Under the pieces are notes generated by a model that saw only the letters and a program-made list of their open reading frames with translations, searched no databases and was not told the origin of the DNA. Position numbers and translations under genes: made by a program. This document shows positions 39,835 to 52,900 of a stretch of DNA of 64,000 bases, one piece after another. The stretch covers positions 4,823,079 through 4,887,078 of the forward strand of contig OZ316898.1 of NCBI GenBank assembly GCA_973895155.1. The letters run 5' to 3'. How positions within the stretch are numbered: position 1 is the first letter of the stretch; each line of letters starts with the position of its first letter. Source of the stretch: Marsupella aquatica (Eukaryota; Plantae; Marchantiophyta).

Positions 39835-41136
39835 GCTGTGGTGTCCTTGCTGGATCGACGGTCTGATGTGTATGCCGGGCCTCAACCTTATGTAGATGAC
39901 ATGTGGCGGCAGCAAAGAAATTGGGAAAATATGGGAAAATATGGGCCCTATGCAACGGTAGTCGAATACACTGGGCCCCTCTTAAGTGTATACACATTTG
40001 GGCCCCATTGTGGACCCGGAAACTGCAGCCAGACCGGTCGAGTGTGTATACACACTCGTAGCACACGGCCCTATGCAGCGCTAGTCGGACGGCTATGGAA
40101 AAGTCGAGGAGTCACTATGGCCGGCGAGGGAAAGAAACGGGAGGGCACGATGCCCTATGTACATACTGCGGAGCACAAAAGGCGTAAGGAGGAAAAGGCA
40201 AGACGCAGCGTGGCAAAGGCGAAGTAAAGAGATGGCGAAAAGGGCGAAAAGAAAAGCATCGGGCCCCCATAGAGGGCTGCGAACTCCCCCCTCCTCTCGT
40301 GCAATGTAATTTGGGCTCGTGCCCTGGCAGGAGCACTCCCGAGAAGGGAGTCGACTTAACTCCCCTCCCCCTTTAATGCTTCATAGGGCCTCGTGCCCTC
40401 TCCTCTCGCAGTCTCGCTTCAACTCCTCCCCTTCGTTAATGCTGAATGGGGCCTTGTGCCTGGCAGAAGTGTGAGTCCCAAGAGGAGGGAGTCGAATGTA
40501 CTCCCTCTCCTCCTTTTAATGCAGCATAGGGCCTCGTGCCCTCTCCCTGCGCTCCTGCCTTCGCTCCCCCTCCCCCTTCTTTAATGCTGCCTAGGGCCTC
40601 GTGCCCTCTCCTGGTGCTCCTTCCCCTTCCTCTGGCAGTCTGGCTGCTTAGAAATGGGCGAGGCAAGGGCACGATGCCCTATGCACAGCCTGCACACCAA
40701 AGCGGAAGGAGGTCGAGAGAAAGAGAAGAAAACAGGGCCCCCAAAGGCGAAAACGTAAAGAGGAGGCCGGGGTGGAAGCGTGTCGAAATGAGGGCACACG
40801 GCCCTATGCAGGCGTCTCGCTGCAACCGAGGCAAAACTCGCCGGCAGCTGTGGCCGGGAATGCGAAAATGGCCCCAAAAACACAAGCGGCAACAAGCGGC
40901 AACAAGCGGCAGTAACAGTAAGAAGGAGCAAATGGGGTCGCGGATGCAACCAGAAAATGAACTCTGGACCTCCTCGGGAGCATTGATATGTGTATACACT
41001 TAAGTATACACATAACAACATAAACCCATAACTTTCAACTCGTCGCTCCGATGTTTGTCGAAGAAATTGCAATGGCTTCACCAGAAATTATCAAAATCAT
41101 CACGAGCAAGCTTCTTTCCCTCACTGCCAACTCGGG

Positions 41137-41150
41137 AGTTCTTCTTGAAT
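41137..41150 (-). promoter_or_regulatory. Putative self-priming primer-binding site
   Basis: Minus-strand ATTCAAGAAGAACT directly at the inner boundary of the 5' B repeat. It is the perfect complement of AGTTCTTCTTGAAT (41305-41292) inside B. No TGG-type tRNA PBS is adjacent. Confidence 0.7.
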
Positions 41151-41507
41151 AAAAGGCGTAAGAGAAACAATTGTACTGAAATCGAATCGAAAACCGGCAG
41201 GATGCCAAGATTGGCCGGGAGCATCTAACGAATCACTGTGTGAATCCCGTGTACGGAACCGACGAGCACTGTCTGAGCTCTATCAACAGCGATTCAAGAA
41301 GAACTGAAAAACCCACAAAGAAAGACATGCCCTAAGCAAGCAAAGTCCTGGCGTCACACTAACAAGCACATTTGCTTCAAGAATGGCCCAGACTTGCTAC
41401 AAGAACATGTCGCTAACTCAGGTAGTACACTAGCCCTAACTACATACCTAGCGGGTAGGCGAGGGACATGTCGATGTGCATAAGAGGCACTGTCCCTCGG
41501 CATGACA
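41149..41507 (-). repeat. Split direct repeat unit B (359 bp), 5' end of element
   Basis: Matches 31909-32267 with 7 substitutions, all transitions. Confidence 0.97.
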
Positions 41508-43174
41508 ATTGAAAGTTGTGGAGCTTCCCCTTTTATGGGCATAGTAGCTTCAAAGACTCCCCATTGCATAGCATTGAATTGAAGTTTTTCACATGTTCAG
41601 GCACACGTTCCCATTGTCCAATGCTTATGTAGAGTGAGTCCAATCGTAGCCCATTAAGCTCACAATGTCCTAAGCACGGATGATCACTTTCCACCTGAGT
41701 TTTTAACTCACATTGAATGGCCCTTTCCAGTAAGCCAGATTCTGTCATCTTCTCCTTATTAGCCAAATGAGGCCTCCCATAGAGCGGACCAGCTTTTTCA
41801 AAGATGACATGACAGGGTGCAAGTTCTAATTAGCAGCTTCTCGATGTGGACTAACAACACGATAATTCATTACATAAGCCTCATTATGATATCAGAACAT
41901 TACTAGGTACTTGTCAAGCAAGTCCCAAGGTACTTATGAAATAAGTCCCTATATGCATGCAACTTCTGCTTTTGGGGATGATGGAAGAAACTCAGGAGTT
42001 TATTGAGTATAGAGTGTGCACAGAGCCTGAGAACCAGACCAGATATATACTGTGATAAGTAGAAGAAGATATCTTTGAATACATCATTCTATGGGAGAGC
42101 CATGTCCCCAACAAAGCTAGAGGAAAATTGTAGGCAAGAAAAACATGTTGAGGAGTAGCCAATGCAACTTCAGGAGGCCACAGTCAATGCTTAGGAAAAC
42201 AACACAACCAAAGTTTTAAACAAAGTCAATACTCTGGCTGTCTTAGAATGATACAAAATTTACACAAGTGACTTTAAGAAGATGCTTCAAATCACCTACA
42301 GTAGGCTATGTCCAAAAGAAGAGGAGAAAGTAAAGATGGTTCCTTCCTTTCCCTGTATGGCCTGGTCAGTGTTACTTTTGTTACCTCTTTTGGGGCAAAC
42401 CCTATGAGACCATTGCCCGCCTACAACATTTACTGTTAGGTGATTGGGTCAAGCTTCAGGTGGAGTACTACAATTGGGTTGGTGACGATTGCATTGCGGA
42501 CAACTGTTTTCCACGAGGTGCCACAAATACCTCTTGTCCGGCGTCATCACTCTGTCAGAGCCTCATGTTAGGAAAGCTAGTGAGTACTCTAGGGCAGCGC
42601 GCTCTTTGGTTTCCCTCTCACCTGCCTATGCATCTGAAGATATCATTGCAGCCCTCGAAACTCATCATGCCCCGAGGGCAGCTGAGGTTCCAACGGGGTT
42701 CCAGGCTTTGTAAGGAGTGTCTTGCTGGAGGATTAATTAGTTTTCCCTATCTCAGGAAATTTTGACTTCTGTCTTCCTTCTTCTGCCGTGACTTTTAACC
42801 AACGGCATGTATGGGATAGGTCGCAGCATTTGCAGGATTGCTTTCTTCCAAATGACTTAGCATCCTGGGGGGCCTGGATTTTCTCAGATTTTCCAAGTGT
42901 GTGCCCATGTTGTGGGCCATTGCAGGGGGGAGTATCTCTCCTGCAGTTGCTCAGATCTTTAGAGTTAGCCTACTTTTGGCCCTGGCCAAGAAGCCTGTGG
43001 GTGATCAGCCTCTAACTTGCAATTGGGGAGGTTTCATAACGGAGATTTAGTCAATTTTTGCCTTAAAACTTGGTCACAGTTTTCATCTCACTTTTTCTCT
43101 CACCAATATAGTGTGGCCACCCATGAGATTGTGAAACTTTAGTTCCTTTGCGGTTGTGAGGGACTCTTGTGCAT

Positions 43175-43428
43175 TTTGGCTCCTTGATCTCCCTGGGCTT
43201 TCCCCCTAGTTTTCTTGCCTTTCTTGGGTCCCCTATCTTTAGGATATGGGCATTTGGGCTCCTTGCAAGACTCCTTGATCTCCCTGGGCTTTCCCCTAGC
43301 TTAGTTGCCTTTATTGGGTCCCCTATCTTTAGGATATGGGTAGTTTGGCTCCTTGGAAGGCTCCTTGATCTCCCTGGGCTTTCCCCCTTGTTGTCTTGCC
43401 GTTATTGGATCCCCTATCTTTAGGATAT
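43175..43428. repeat. Tandem repeat, ~90 bp x3
   Basis: ctccttgatctccctgggctttcccc...cccctatctttaggatat recurring at ~43230, 43320 and 43411. Confidence 0.88.
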
Positions 43429-44326
43429 TATCCCCCTGGTTTGGAGCTCCATGTTTGTTGGCACTGTGATATATACTGCAGCCCATGTTCATCGAATAAT
43501 TCTAAGACACCGTAGCAATATCTTACAAATGATCAAAAGCTACCATAATGATGAAATTCAAGTGTATGTTTGAAGCTCGCATTATAAAGTATATTGTGAT
43601 TACTATGGTTAGGAGGCCAAAGGTGCACAAGGATAACTAAGGGGGTTGATTGCGTTAAGACAGAAAGGATCTACTATAAAAGTTAGTATAGTAGGGGAAC
43701 CTCATGCAAGCAATCATTAGAACATATATAGAAAAGGCATAATTCTGTGTAAATCTTAGCCATTCTTGTTCTAAAGAAGAATTCCATGTTGTGAATCACT
43801 CCATACTGATTTGACGATGTCATGCCAGGTAATCCGATAATTTATAAAGTATTTAAATTTGTATTTCATTTTAATTATTATAGAAAATTATGCTCTCGAT
43901 CATATTCCTTGGTAGAGGGCACTCAAAATCTATTGATTTTATCCTCCTCTGGTAGCAGCTCCAGCAGATTTTGAGCGACCATGTTAGTTAATTATTTACG
44001 CAAAAGCATCAAAAGTTATCTTCACAAACCCTGATCTTATCAGTCACAATGGTGAATAAACAAAACATAAAATCTTATTTCTCTACAAAAGAGTACTACT
44101 TGAAAAGAACGCCAAGCCTAGATGTACCTCTATGCTGGACACAATGTTCTGGGGATCACATTTTGGTGGTCTATGAGAGTTTTGGGCTTATAATTTGATG
44201 ATTACGAGTCTTAAAATATCTTTAGTTTTTCACTTGCAAGACAACTAGAGAAAGAGGAGACAATAAAAAACTCAAGGCTCACTAATATTTCATATTAATA
44301 TAATGAAATTAATCTAATATAACTTA

Positions 44327-44433
44327 TCTCTCCGCATTCCATGATGAATAACTCAATCAAAATGGTAAACAATTCATTTTCTCTCTCCACATTCCATGAT
44401 GAATAACTCAATCAAAATGGTCAAAAATTCATT
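44327..44433. repeat. Tandem duplication, 55 bp x2
   Basis: cattccatgatgaataactcaatcaaaatggt repeated. Confidence 0.85.
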
Positions 44434-46240
44434 GTCACTTTGATGAAAGGATAGCTTACCTATTCCTCTAGCACATACTCAAAACTTGTTGAGAATAGTC
44501 CAGGTTGCGAAGCCCATCCAAGCATTTTGGAAACATTGTTTACCGCCTTACCGCAAGAGCTTTTGTTGTTACTATTATTATAATTTTCACTGTGATCCTC
44601 TTATACCTTGAAGTTAAGCTTTGATGGACCACACCATGTTACCCCAGGACTCCGATGAAGCAAAACCTTTGAGCCTTGAAAAGTGAACATTATACGTAAG
44701 AAAGATGCTATCTGAATAAAAAGTAAAATATCATAGCATTAACGCAAGTTCCAACAGTACATCTGAGATCTTGTCAATCATGGTGGTCTATGCACAGCCA
44801 GGTTCCCTGTACATTGGAGGTCACGAGGTAGTACTTACATTTAAAAATGGGTATTTGGCAAGAATTGGGACACCGGTGGAGGATGGTAAGGAGATTCCAA
44901 TTAAATACCTTTATCAGAATGACATCAGAGGGTCACTAAGACTCTTAAGAGCAATCTGTCTATCGGCGCTAAAACCAACGACCTCGGTTTTCACGAAGAA
45001 AAAAGTAAAATCGTATTTTAATGACTACTAGGAGAACTTTACCTAGAGTCCTTAAAATCAACCCCATTTCCTCGGTTTTCAAAATAAAAAATAAAAAATC
45101 ATATCCTAATGCGTTTTATGATTTGGGTATGTATGTGAGCAGTCTAGATTTGAATCAGCTCATTATAACAATTTTCCTTTACTGTTACTAAGGTTAGTAA
45201 ACCTGAAACTCTGCTCTTGAGGGGCAGTATAATTGACAATGTTGTAAACCCCTTACTATATACTTATTCCTTTCATGATTTTCCAGTCTGTATGTTTGAG
45301 TGCATTCTTGAATTTAGAATGCCGGGTCAAGATTTGGATCACCCTTTAGTAAGATTCTCTCTACTTCTACACAAATTTCTCAATAAACATAATGGTTTTT
45401 AGGTCTCTTAGTGTATTAAGGTTTTTTCAGAGCCTTACCGACAACAATAGCCCCTCAAAACTCAAGGTGAAGGCTCTCATTTTCGGGGATTAGAAACACA
45501 ATGGTTGTAAATCAAATATCACTAATATACCAATAATGAGTCACAAATTTCTTAACTTACGGATGATAGCTTTTGTGTTATGGATTGATTTTTGGATTCG
45601 CTACGCTTATGGTGTGTTTGGCCCTTTTCTGTAAAAAGTTTACTTATACAAACTTATGGTATGTGTCAATCTTTATAAAAATAATAAAAATTTATAGATC
45701 ATAAATTTAATAGTCTAGAACTTTTTATGTCTGTAATTATAACTTAATAACTATGTCTGTAATTACATTAACGCCTATCAGATTGTGAGATTTGAGAACC
45801 CTAATGACATAATTATGCCACGTATTATCACCGTTGCACTGATCCCGGTGAAGTGAGGAGTCGAGGGAAGGAAAGGAGCGGAACGGAACGGAACGGGCTG
45901 TGGTGGCTGGATGAGCGTGGCGGCGGTGCCGGTACCGGGAAGCTGGTGAATGAGACACCCAGACCGCGCGCACCGGGAAGTTTCACTGCTCCAGAAGTTC
46001 AGCGGGACGTTTGTTTCACGGCCTGCGTGTCGGTCGGTGAAAATAAAAACTCGTTGCCGTGGGAAGCCCCGTCGTCACAGGCGGGCGTCAGCCGGGCAAG
46101 GCAGCTCGCGAATAATAATAATCTGTCCCGGCGGCGCATCATCACTACGACACTACTCCAGCAGAGAAGTCCCGGCGACAAGTTCACCTCTCCTTTCTTT
46201 CGTTTCTCCTCTTCTCTCCTTTCCTTTCTTTCCCTTCCCT

Positions 46241-46275
46241 TTCTATTCTATTCTATTCTATTCTATTCTATTCTA
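46241..46275. repeat. (TTCTA)7 microsatellite
   Basis: Perfect pentamer run. A (GTGAG)5 run is nearby at ~46440. Confidence 0.9.
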
Positions 46276-47157
46276 TATTTATTGATTTTATGGCACGAAA
46301 TCGAAACGCATGGGAGTGTCGATTAAAGTGGAGACAATCGCAATGTGGGAGGCGGGGCGAAACGAAGGAGGAGAAAATGAGGAGATTGATGAAGGGAAAC
46401 TAAGGGAGGTTGTACAGTAGCTGCGCCACTAATATGGCAGTGAGGTGAGGTGAGGTGAGGTGAGGTGGAATGGGCGGGATGCGAGAGGTAGCTGGTGCTG
46501 CTGATCGAGCAGGAGGTGCAGTTCCTGGAGAAGTAAGCTGGAGTAATCGGGAGAGAGGATGGTGTGTTTATAAAAATTAATTCCCACGTTGAGGAGGTGT
46601 GCGTGGCTCCACGACGCAGCAGCAGGCAGGCTCCACGACGCAACCTTGCCACCCACGCGCACGCATCTAGTAGGCCTTTTGCTGATCGAGCTTGAACTCA
46701 TCAAGCGCTCTTTTTTATTATTGCTGAGTTGAGCAAACGAAAGATGAATCTAGTGTCGAGAGATCCAGCCTGCACACCCCACGCTGCTGCGGCTAGCTTT
46801 CGGGCCTCATCGATGGCAGTCGGTCGGAGAGAGCTCGACGAAATCGATCACCATTCGCTCATGATGTAGCTAGCTAAGGGAGCTCGATCAGGCCTGGTTC
46901 AAGATAGGAGCACGGTGGAACTGTAGCTCGAGATTCTGAACCAACTCGTTGTGATCAAGACGGCCTGATGATGTAGGAACGAGTCGAGCTAGATTCGGTA
47001 GGATCGGAGGAGAGATTGAATTGTTTGATCAATCAACCTGGGCACTCGCTGCTCGACATTTCTTCTGTGCAGGTGAGGGCATCCTTTGATGTAGCTGGAA
47101 ATCTGAGTACGGGAGGAAGCTCAAGGATAAAATCTGATGATATTGGAAGAGAGTTTC

Positions 47158-47161
<4 letters not shown>

Positions 47162-47239
<78 letters not shown>
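47162..47239. repeat. (GA)~39 microsatellite in the 5' leader region of the RAWUL gene
   Basis: Perfect GA run. Confidence 0.97.
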
Positions 47240-47242
<3 letters not shown>

Positions 47243-49977
47243 GATGATGCTGATTTAGGGGCCGTGATTAAGTTGAAAGTAGAAAGAGAAGGCATCACTG
47301 CTGTTAATTAGCAAGTACTAGCGGAGAGATCTGGAAAGAAGTAGGGTTCATGTTCATTTGGGAAAGAAAACGGGAGAGAGGTGTGGTACGATGTAGGGAA
47401 GGAAGCGGAGATCTTCTGTAGAAGGGGTAAGATGCGATGCTGTGAAGACGCTCCCCAAGTTAGCTCAGCAAATTAAGGATCCAGAAATTTTGGAATGGAC
47501 GTTAGGACCCGCGTTAGGAAAGATGGTGCAGCTACCCGTGCGACTATCGTAGGAAGAGGAAGCTGATCTGAGGTTCTGGCAATTTTAAAGGTAACGAATG
47601 ATGGTGTTGCTGAGAATATATGGTGGAGAACTTGAGCCGACTGAGGTAGGTTCATCTCCTAAGTGCGGGCGGGAGTGCGGGAGGGAAAGGAAAGGAGCAC
47701 TATGATCGATCCGGATGTAGGAAGGTCTCAACAACCGAGGATCGGCTGAACTCTTATTTGTCGAGTGCGAAGTAAGAACGATTTCGATCTCGTCGGACCT
47801 CTTTGCCGATTTCGTTCAACCCGTGTGGCTCTGAATTCCGATCTGCTCAGGGAGAAACCCATTGAATTGATTTGGCCTTGGCCTGGTGGACTCCAAAAGA
47901 TTGCGTTGCTGCACAGGAAATGTACATGGAAGGCCCGTGAACTCGGTGGAAGCTGGCATGCCGAAAGGTGCTCGGGCTGTTTATGACCAGGGTTTAACCG
48001 AAGGGTTTTTCCTGCGCATTCGGTTTTGTTGGACAATTTTCCTTTCCAAACTTGAGAGACTTGGATGATCATCCAGCCGACCAACTATTTCTCTGGAGGC
48101 GAACGATGATCTCGAGGTGCGAAAACATTGTTGTGCATCACCATCTGCCTTCACTTGCTCACTCACGTGTCTCTTTCCCATTACCAGTCGTTCATGTGAC
48201 TTGGTTCACGTCTAAACAACGCCCGCGAACATTTAGTCATCACTGACTTGATTTTCCTCATCCATCTCTTTCTGTTACGATGGATCATTGGCTCGATGAG
48301 AGCGGCTTACACGACCTTGATTAGAACTCAGGAGATTTCCTTGCCAGGACTACACGGCACGGCACAGCTGTCATGTTCAAGTCATCAGCTGGCAGTCTTG
48401 ACCACTACAGTACCATTACTACAGGACACTCGCCAGCTCCTTCCACATGCTCAATCCAGTCTGAAATCATCCCAACCATCATCTTGCTGAACCAACCTCC
48501 GCAACTGGTTTTACAAATTTGCGTATGCACTCGTAAACCGTGCACACGTACCCGCCGAGTGCTTCGTGGAGCGGATTGTATGTTTCACAAGAAGCTGTAG
48601 GGTAGAGATACGTGTATGGGATATTGGATTCCATCCCGTTCGCACGTGCGCTGTTGGAATGGCCACTTTGGTACTTGTTCGGAAGAATAGGAACTGCGTT
48701 TCGACGAAGTCCTGTTCAGAGTTCGATCCCACAACTGACAGGTTAATTGCTGGTTCGATCCCACAACTGACAAGTTAATTGCGGACAGAAGACAAAGCGA
48801 CTAGCTACTACTGTGTAGTTGGATGTACATAGCTTACTCCATCAATCACCACTCAGGGAGACCAATATCTGTACAATGAGCTCTGAGCCGCATGGCTTGG
48901 AAAGCTGCAGGTAAGGTTTTATGGCACCTGTGGCGCGCTTTGCTGCCAGATTTACGTCGTCAATTGCCTCAAGCTGACTCTCAAAGTTTCGATCTATAGA
49001 TTTCAGATCGATTCAAGGTAGGCCGATCCCCTCACAACTTCCTATCGTCATTCCTAGCCTGCGCCATCCTGATTAAATGTACGTGATAGCTTCATTAAAG
49101 GGTCCAGAAGCTCACAGTTGGATTTGTCTCTCGAAATCGTGGCCACCGGGGTCGGCACTGACAGGTTTGGAAGTGGTTCAAGTTTGGAAATTATACGAGT
49201 CCATCTATTCTTCTGAACCAGCCTGAATCAGGTCGATCATACCTTCGTCACGGTGTCTGACGACACTAAAACCCTCGTACTGCCGATGACCAACCCCTTT
49301 CTTGCTGAAAAGCTTGCTACGAACTGCAGGATACCTGTAAATTCTATGATCTCAAAGTTCATTGACTTGGGTTCCTGGCAAACTAAGACTGGTCGAGCAT
49401 ACACGTCGCACGGGTCCAGTACTTCAAGTGAAAGTATAGGATTCTTGAACACACCTGTCTAACTCATCAAATGCTTAAGATCCACAAGGATACGAGCGAG
49501 GCCTGTGATAATCTGATGAACATGTACCCGCGCGCATGAGGTACGAAGGTCCCTGCTGGCTTGTTATTCGAATACTGACTGATCGATTGACTGTTCAGTC
49601 GTTCAGTATTGATCCCCGCCAGTTTTACATTCTAAACTGAAGCACATCGTAGAGCAGTACTTTGGTCGCTGAAAACCAGAAAAACCATTCGTAGAAGATG
49701 TAGAATGCCATGAAATCATATATCAGGAGCTTGAAATTGTGAATGATCCTGAGAACTTTGTGAACCGCGTGATCGAGTCTTCCCCATCAGTGATGGATTC
49801 ATGTATTGGACATTGTATGATCTGCAGTTGTCAGCTGTCAAAACCATAGTTCTTGATCAAGAACTCGAGCTACATACGTCACGCTGTTGGCTAGCTATGA
49901 AATGTACGCCTGGATGTATTTTCAAGTTGTCATTGTCTGTCCCGTGAACGCACAGGTTTCATTTGATATCTATTTCG

Positions 49978-52900
49978 ATGACGATTTGCCCCTTCAAGCT
50001 GAGACTTTCGAGCTGTGGCGCAGGCTGGTGTTCGTCGACGACGGTCATGAAGAGCAGCAAGTCGCAGCAGAACTTCACATCGACGGTTTATAATCTGTCA
50101 GACTACCTTGAGAATGAACATGTAGAGGAAGGGGCAGGAGTTGTTCTAAGTTCGAGTGGCAACGCTCGAAAGCAGATCTACTTGGATGGTGACTCAGTGG
50201 CGAAGAGGAAATATGAAGATATGACTTCTTGTGGAATTGAAGACGTTGAAGCTGAGATCCATCATGAACAATCGGGTAAGTTCAGTTACTTTAGAGAACA
50301 TAAGAAGAGAAGGCCGCCCGAAGCTGGCAATCCAATGCAATTTCAAACAATTTCTACCACTCCTGTGCAAGTTGAGGGAGTCCAACGGGAGGTCGACGAG
50401 CTTCAAGTTAGGTTGTCAGAGATTTCACGAAGGTCTTGTTCAGTTTCGGGCGTAGAGGTAACTCCAGATATTTGCGGGGGAGAATCCGACTTGACGGCTG
50501 AAAATCAAATGGCAGAAGAAAGCTCAAGATCGAGCAATAATTATGGGTCTTCGATGTTTGAGAGCGCCGCTGAATCGGTTTCAAAGGGACCAATCACGGA
50601 GTTTCGATCCGTTTCTAGCTTAGGAGTTATGCATAGCTTTATGGAGCGCACACACCATGGAGGGAGGGGAGTCAGTGTGATTACATCTAGCGAAGGACCG
50701 GGCCAGATGAGCAGTTTACTTCTTGGGAATGATGGTCACAATACTACGCTGAACGACGCGAACGACGGTCGGGAAGGCGTGAGCAAATCCGAAACAGCAG
50801 CTAGTTATCAGCTTGGATCAGGATCTTCCGAGGCGCCTTCTTTCGTAAAAAATTATACAGCTCCATCCCAGCTTCGGGGAAGAAGCAATCAAGGGTGGTT
50901 ACAACTAGGTGTTGGTAGTAGTTCGGGGCGGCAAACGCCAGCTACACTAAATGTTTACTCGGAGCTCGCTTCGGGTGAGGAAGGTCAGCCTTCGACATTG
51001 AGACAAGACCTCCATGAAGAGAGATCAATTTTCAAGCGGAGGATTACATCGATCGACTTTCCCGTCGCTGCAGACTGTGAAGCAAATAGTAATTATGTCG
51101 TCCCTGAACACTCGAACGCTTCACCAGGTGAATGGCATTTTACAAGGGTCTCGAATGGCATTCCCCCTAAATTTGAAGTGTGCCCCAGTGATCTCTCAGG
51201 TAACCTGAATCCAGCTACGCTTCGGAGTATACCCATTTCTAGTGTGATGAGGAATTTGGACGCTGCCTCGGAAGCGGGAGAAGCTGTAGAACAATCGGAT
51301 TTGTGTATTGGTCGGACGCTTGTCCAAAGAGGCACAGCAAGGCAGGAGCTCGTTTTGGCCCCTCTCAATTGCACAGGGACTGCGGAATGGGAGAACGAAG
51401 GACAGGTGGTGAGCATAGATAAAGCGTTTGAGCTGCGCAGAGATCAAGAAGGCTTTCAAGCTGGCAGGTTTCCTGATCCTAGAGGTGACCGCTTCGGCAG
51501 TGCTTGCCCGCGAGGTCCGGAAATTCACAACGGAGCACGTATCTCGCTATCGACACCAATTACGGGCGTTAATCTTAGATCAGCACCAGCTGCCGCGGCT
51601 GCAGGGCCATCAATGGGCTATGACACTTTCCAATATCACAGAGATAATCCACCTAGCTCTCTCTCCGATTTGCAGCAGAGAAGAGAAGATCCACGTCATG
51701 GCCATCTAGGATTTTCGTGGCTACCTCCACCCGCTGCCGACTCGGCCCCTAAGCTAATACCAACGGCAAACAACTTTCAAGGGTGGATCTCTTCTGAAAT
51801 ACCCTCAACTACGAAATTGACTGCAGCATTGAGCCCCAGTAATGCACGAATGGACAATCCACCCAATCAACAAGCGACGAGAGGTTTGGATGAATGGGGA
51901 ACTTTGTTCAAAGAAGTTGGTCCCAAAATGCTGATTCAATCTTGTCGTGACCTAAGTTCAGAAGGCTCCCCAGCCTTAGTTCAGTCTGCACGTCACGAGA
52001 CGAGTGTCGGATCACAAGAGAATTTGGTGCCTTTCAAACGGGCTATCGAAAACATTCAGAAAGGGCCTCAATGGCCGATTCCGCGAGAAGCCATGAACTC
52101 GATCGCATCTTGGTGCGTGAATGGAAATCTCCAAGGCGTCAGAGGTGAGTCTAGTTTTGAAGGTGACCCTTTGAATCTGAGCGAGAAGCCACCTCAGAGG
52201 CAAAGCTGGCAACCAGCCGGCGGACAGACGTGGCTGCATCATGAAAATGTGACCGCTCTTCACAGACCGGTTCCTGAAACTGCAAGAAAACCCAGGTCGC
52301 AAATGCTTCCACCTGGGTCCATGGGGACGAGTCATGCGGGACTTTGGTTCGTTCTCCAATCTGCAGAGAATCAGTTAAGATCAATTCAACCCTCAGTCTG
52401 CTCTTCAGGGATCGATGTGCTTACTTAATTCTAAACTCACAATTTCTCGTGTCAGTGCGTTGTTTGACATGCATGTGTTTGTTGGGACCATCATGAATTT
52501 TTCGTTCCAACAGTTACAAAACTGTACACGAATGTTCGGTTCTAGCTGCAGCGGTCAAATTGCTGACAACCTTGACCTTTCGCGGTCCTGTTGACAGCCA
52601 TCATTCTTATGCGATATGCGTCAGAATGCAAATTTCGTAAACACGGACGTTTAAGCTACATTCTCATAATGACTCGTAGGAAGTCTTTAGTCATGCAGAA
52701 TGCTGAGTTCCTGTGGACGTATCCGAGCTCAGCTGTCCAGAGTACATGATGGTTAGGCTGATTGGATCTATAGTTTGCAGGCATATTCCAAGTAAGTTAT
52801 GTGGTCCACGATCCATTGCCTTTAGATTCTACTGTTTTCTTGTGCGGATAGATATTGCCTAAAATTTAGTCAACTTACTCGTGACATCTTCCTGCGATCA

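Larger units (their letters stand above)
31733..41507 (-). mobile_element. Ty3/gypsy-like retrotransposon with split direct repeats carrying a DNA cytosine methyltransferase and a PHD finger
   Basis: Termini TGTCATG...CACGACA in element orientation. 4-bp TSD ATTG at 31729-31732 and 41508-41511. Domain order gag-PR-(DNMT)-RT-RH-IN is gypsy-type. Terminal repeats are ~98% identical. Confidence 0.95.

Noticed and set aside
31733-41507. DIRS/Ngaro/PAT tyrosine-recombinase element (suggested by the split repeats and an MTase)
   Set aside because: No tyrosine recombinase ORF was found. A full HHCC-DDE integrase, an aspartic protease, TG..CA ends and a 4-bp TSD are present. The MTase is C5-type, not the Dam-like MT of DIRS.
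47016-47298. ER-repeat / LS-repeat ORFs
   Set aside because: Translation of the (GA)n microsatellite.
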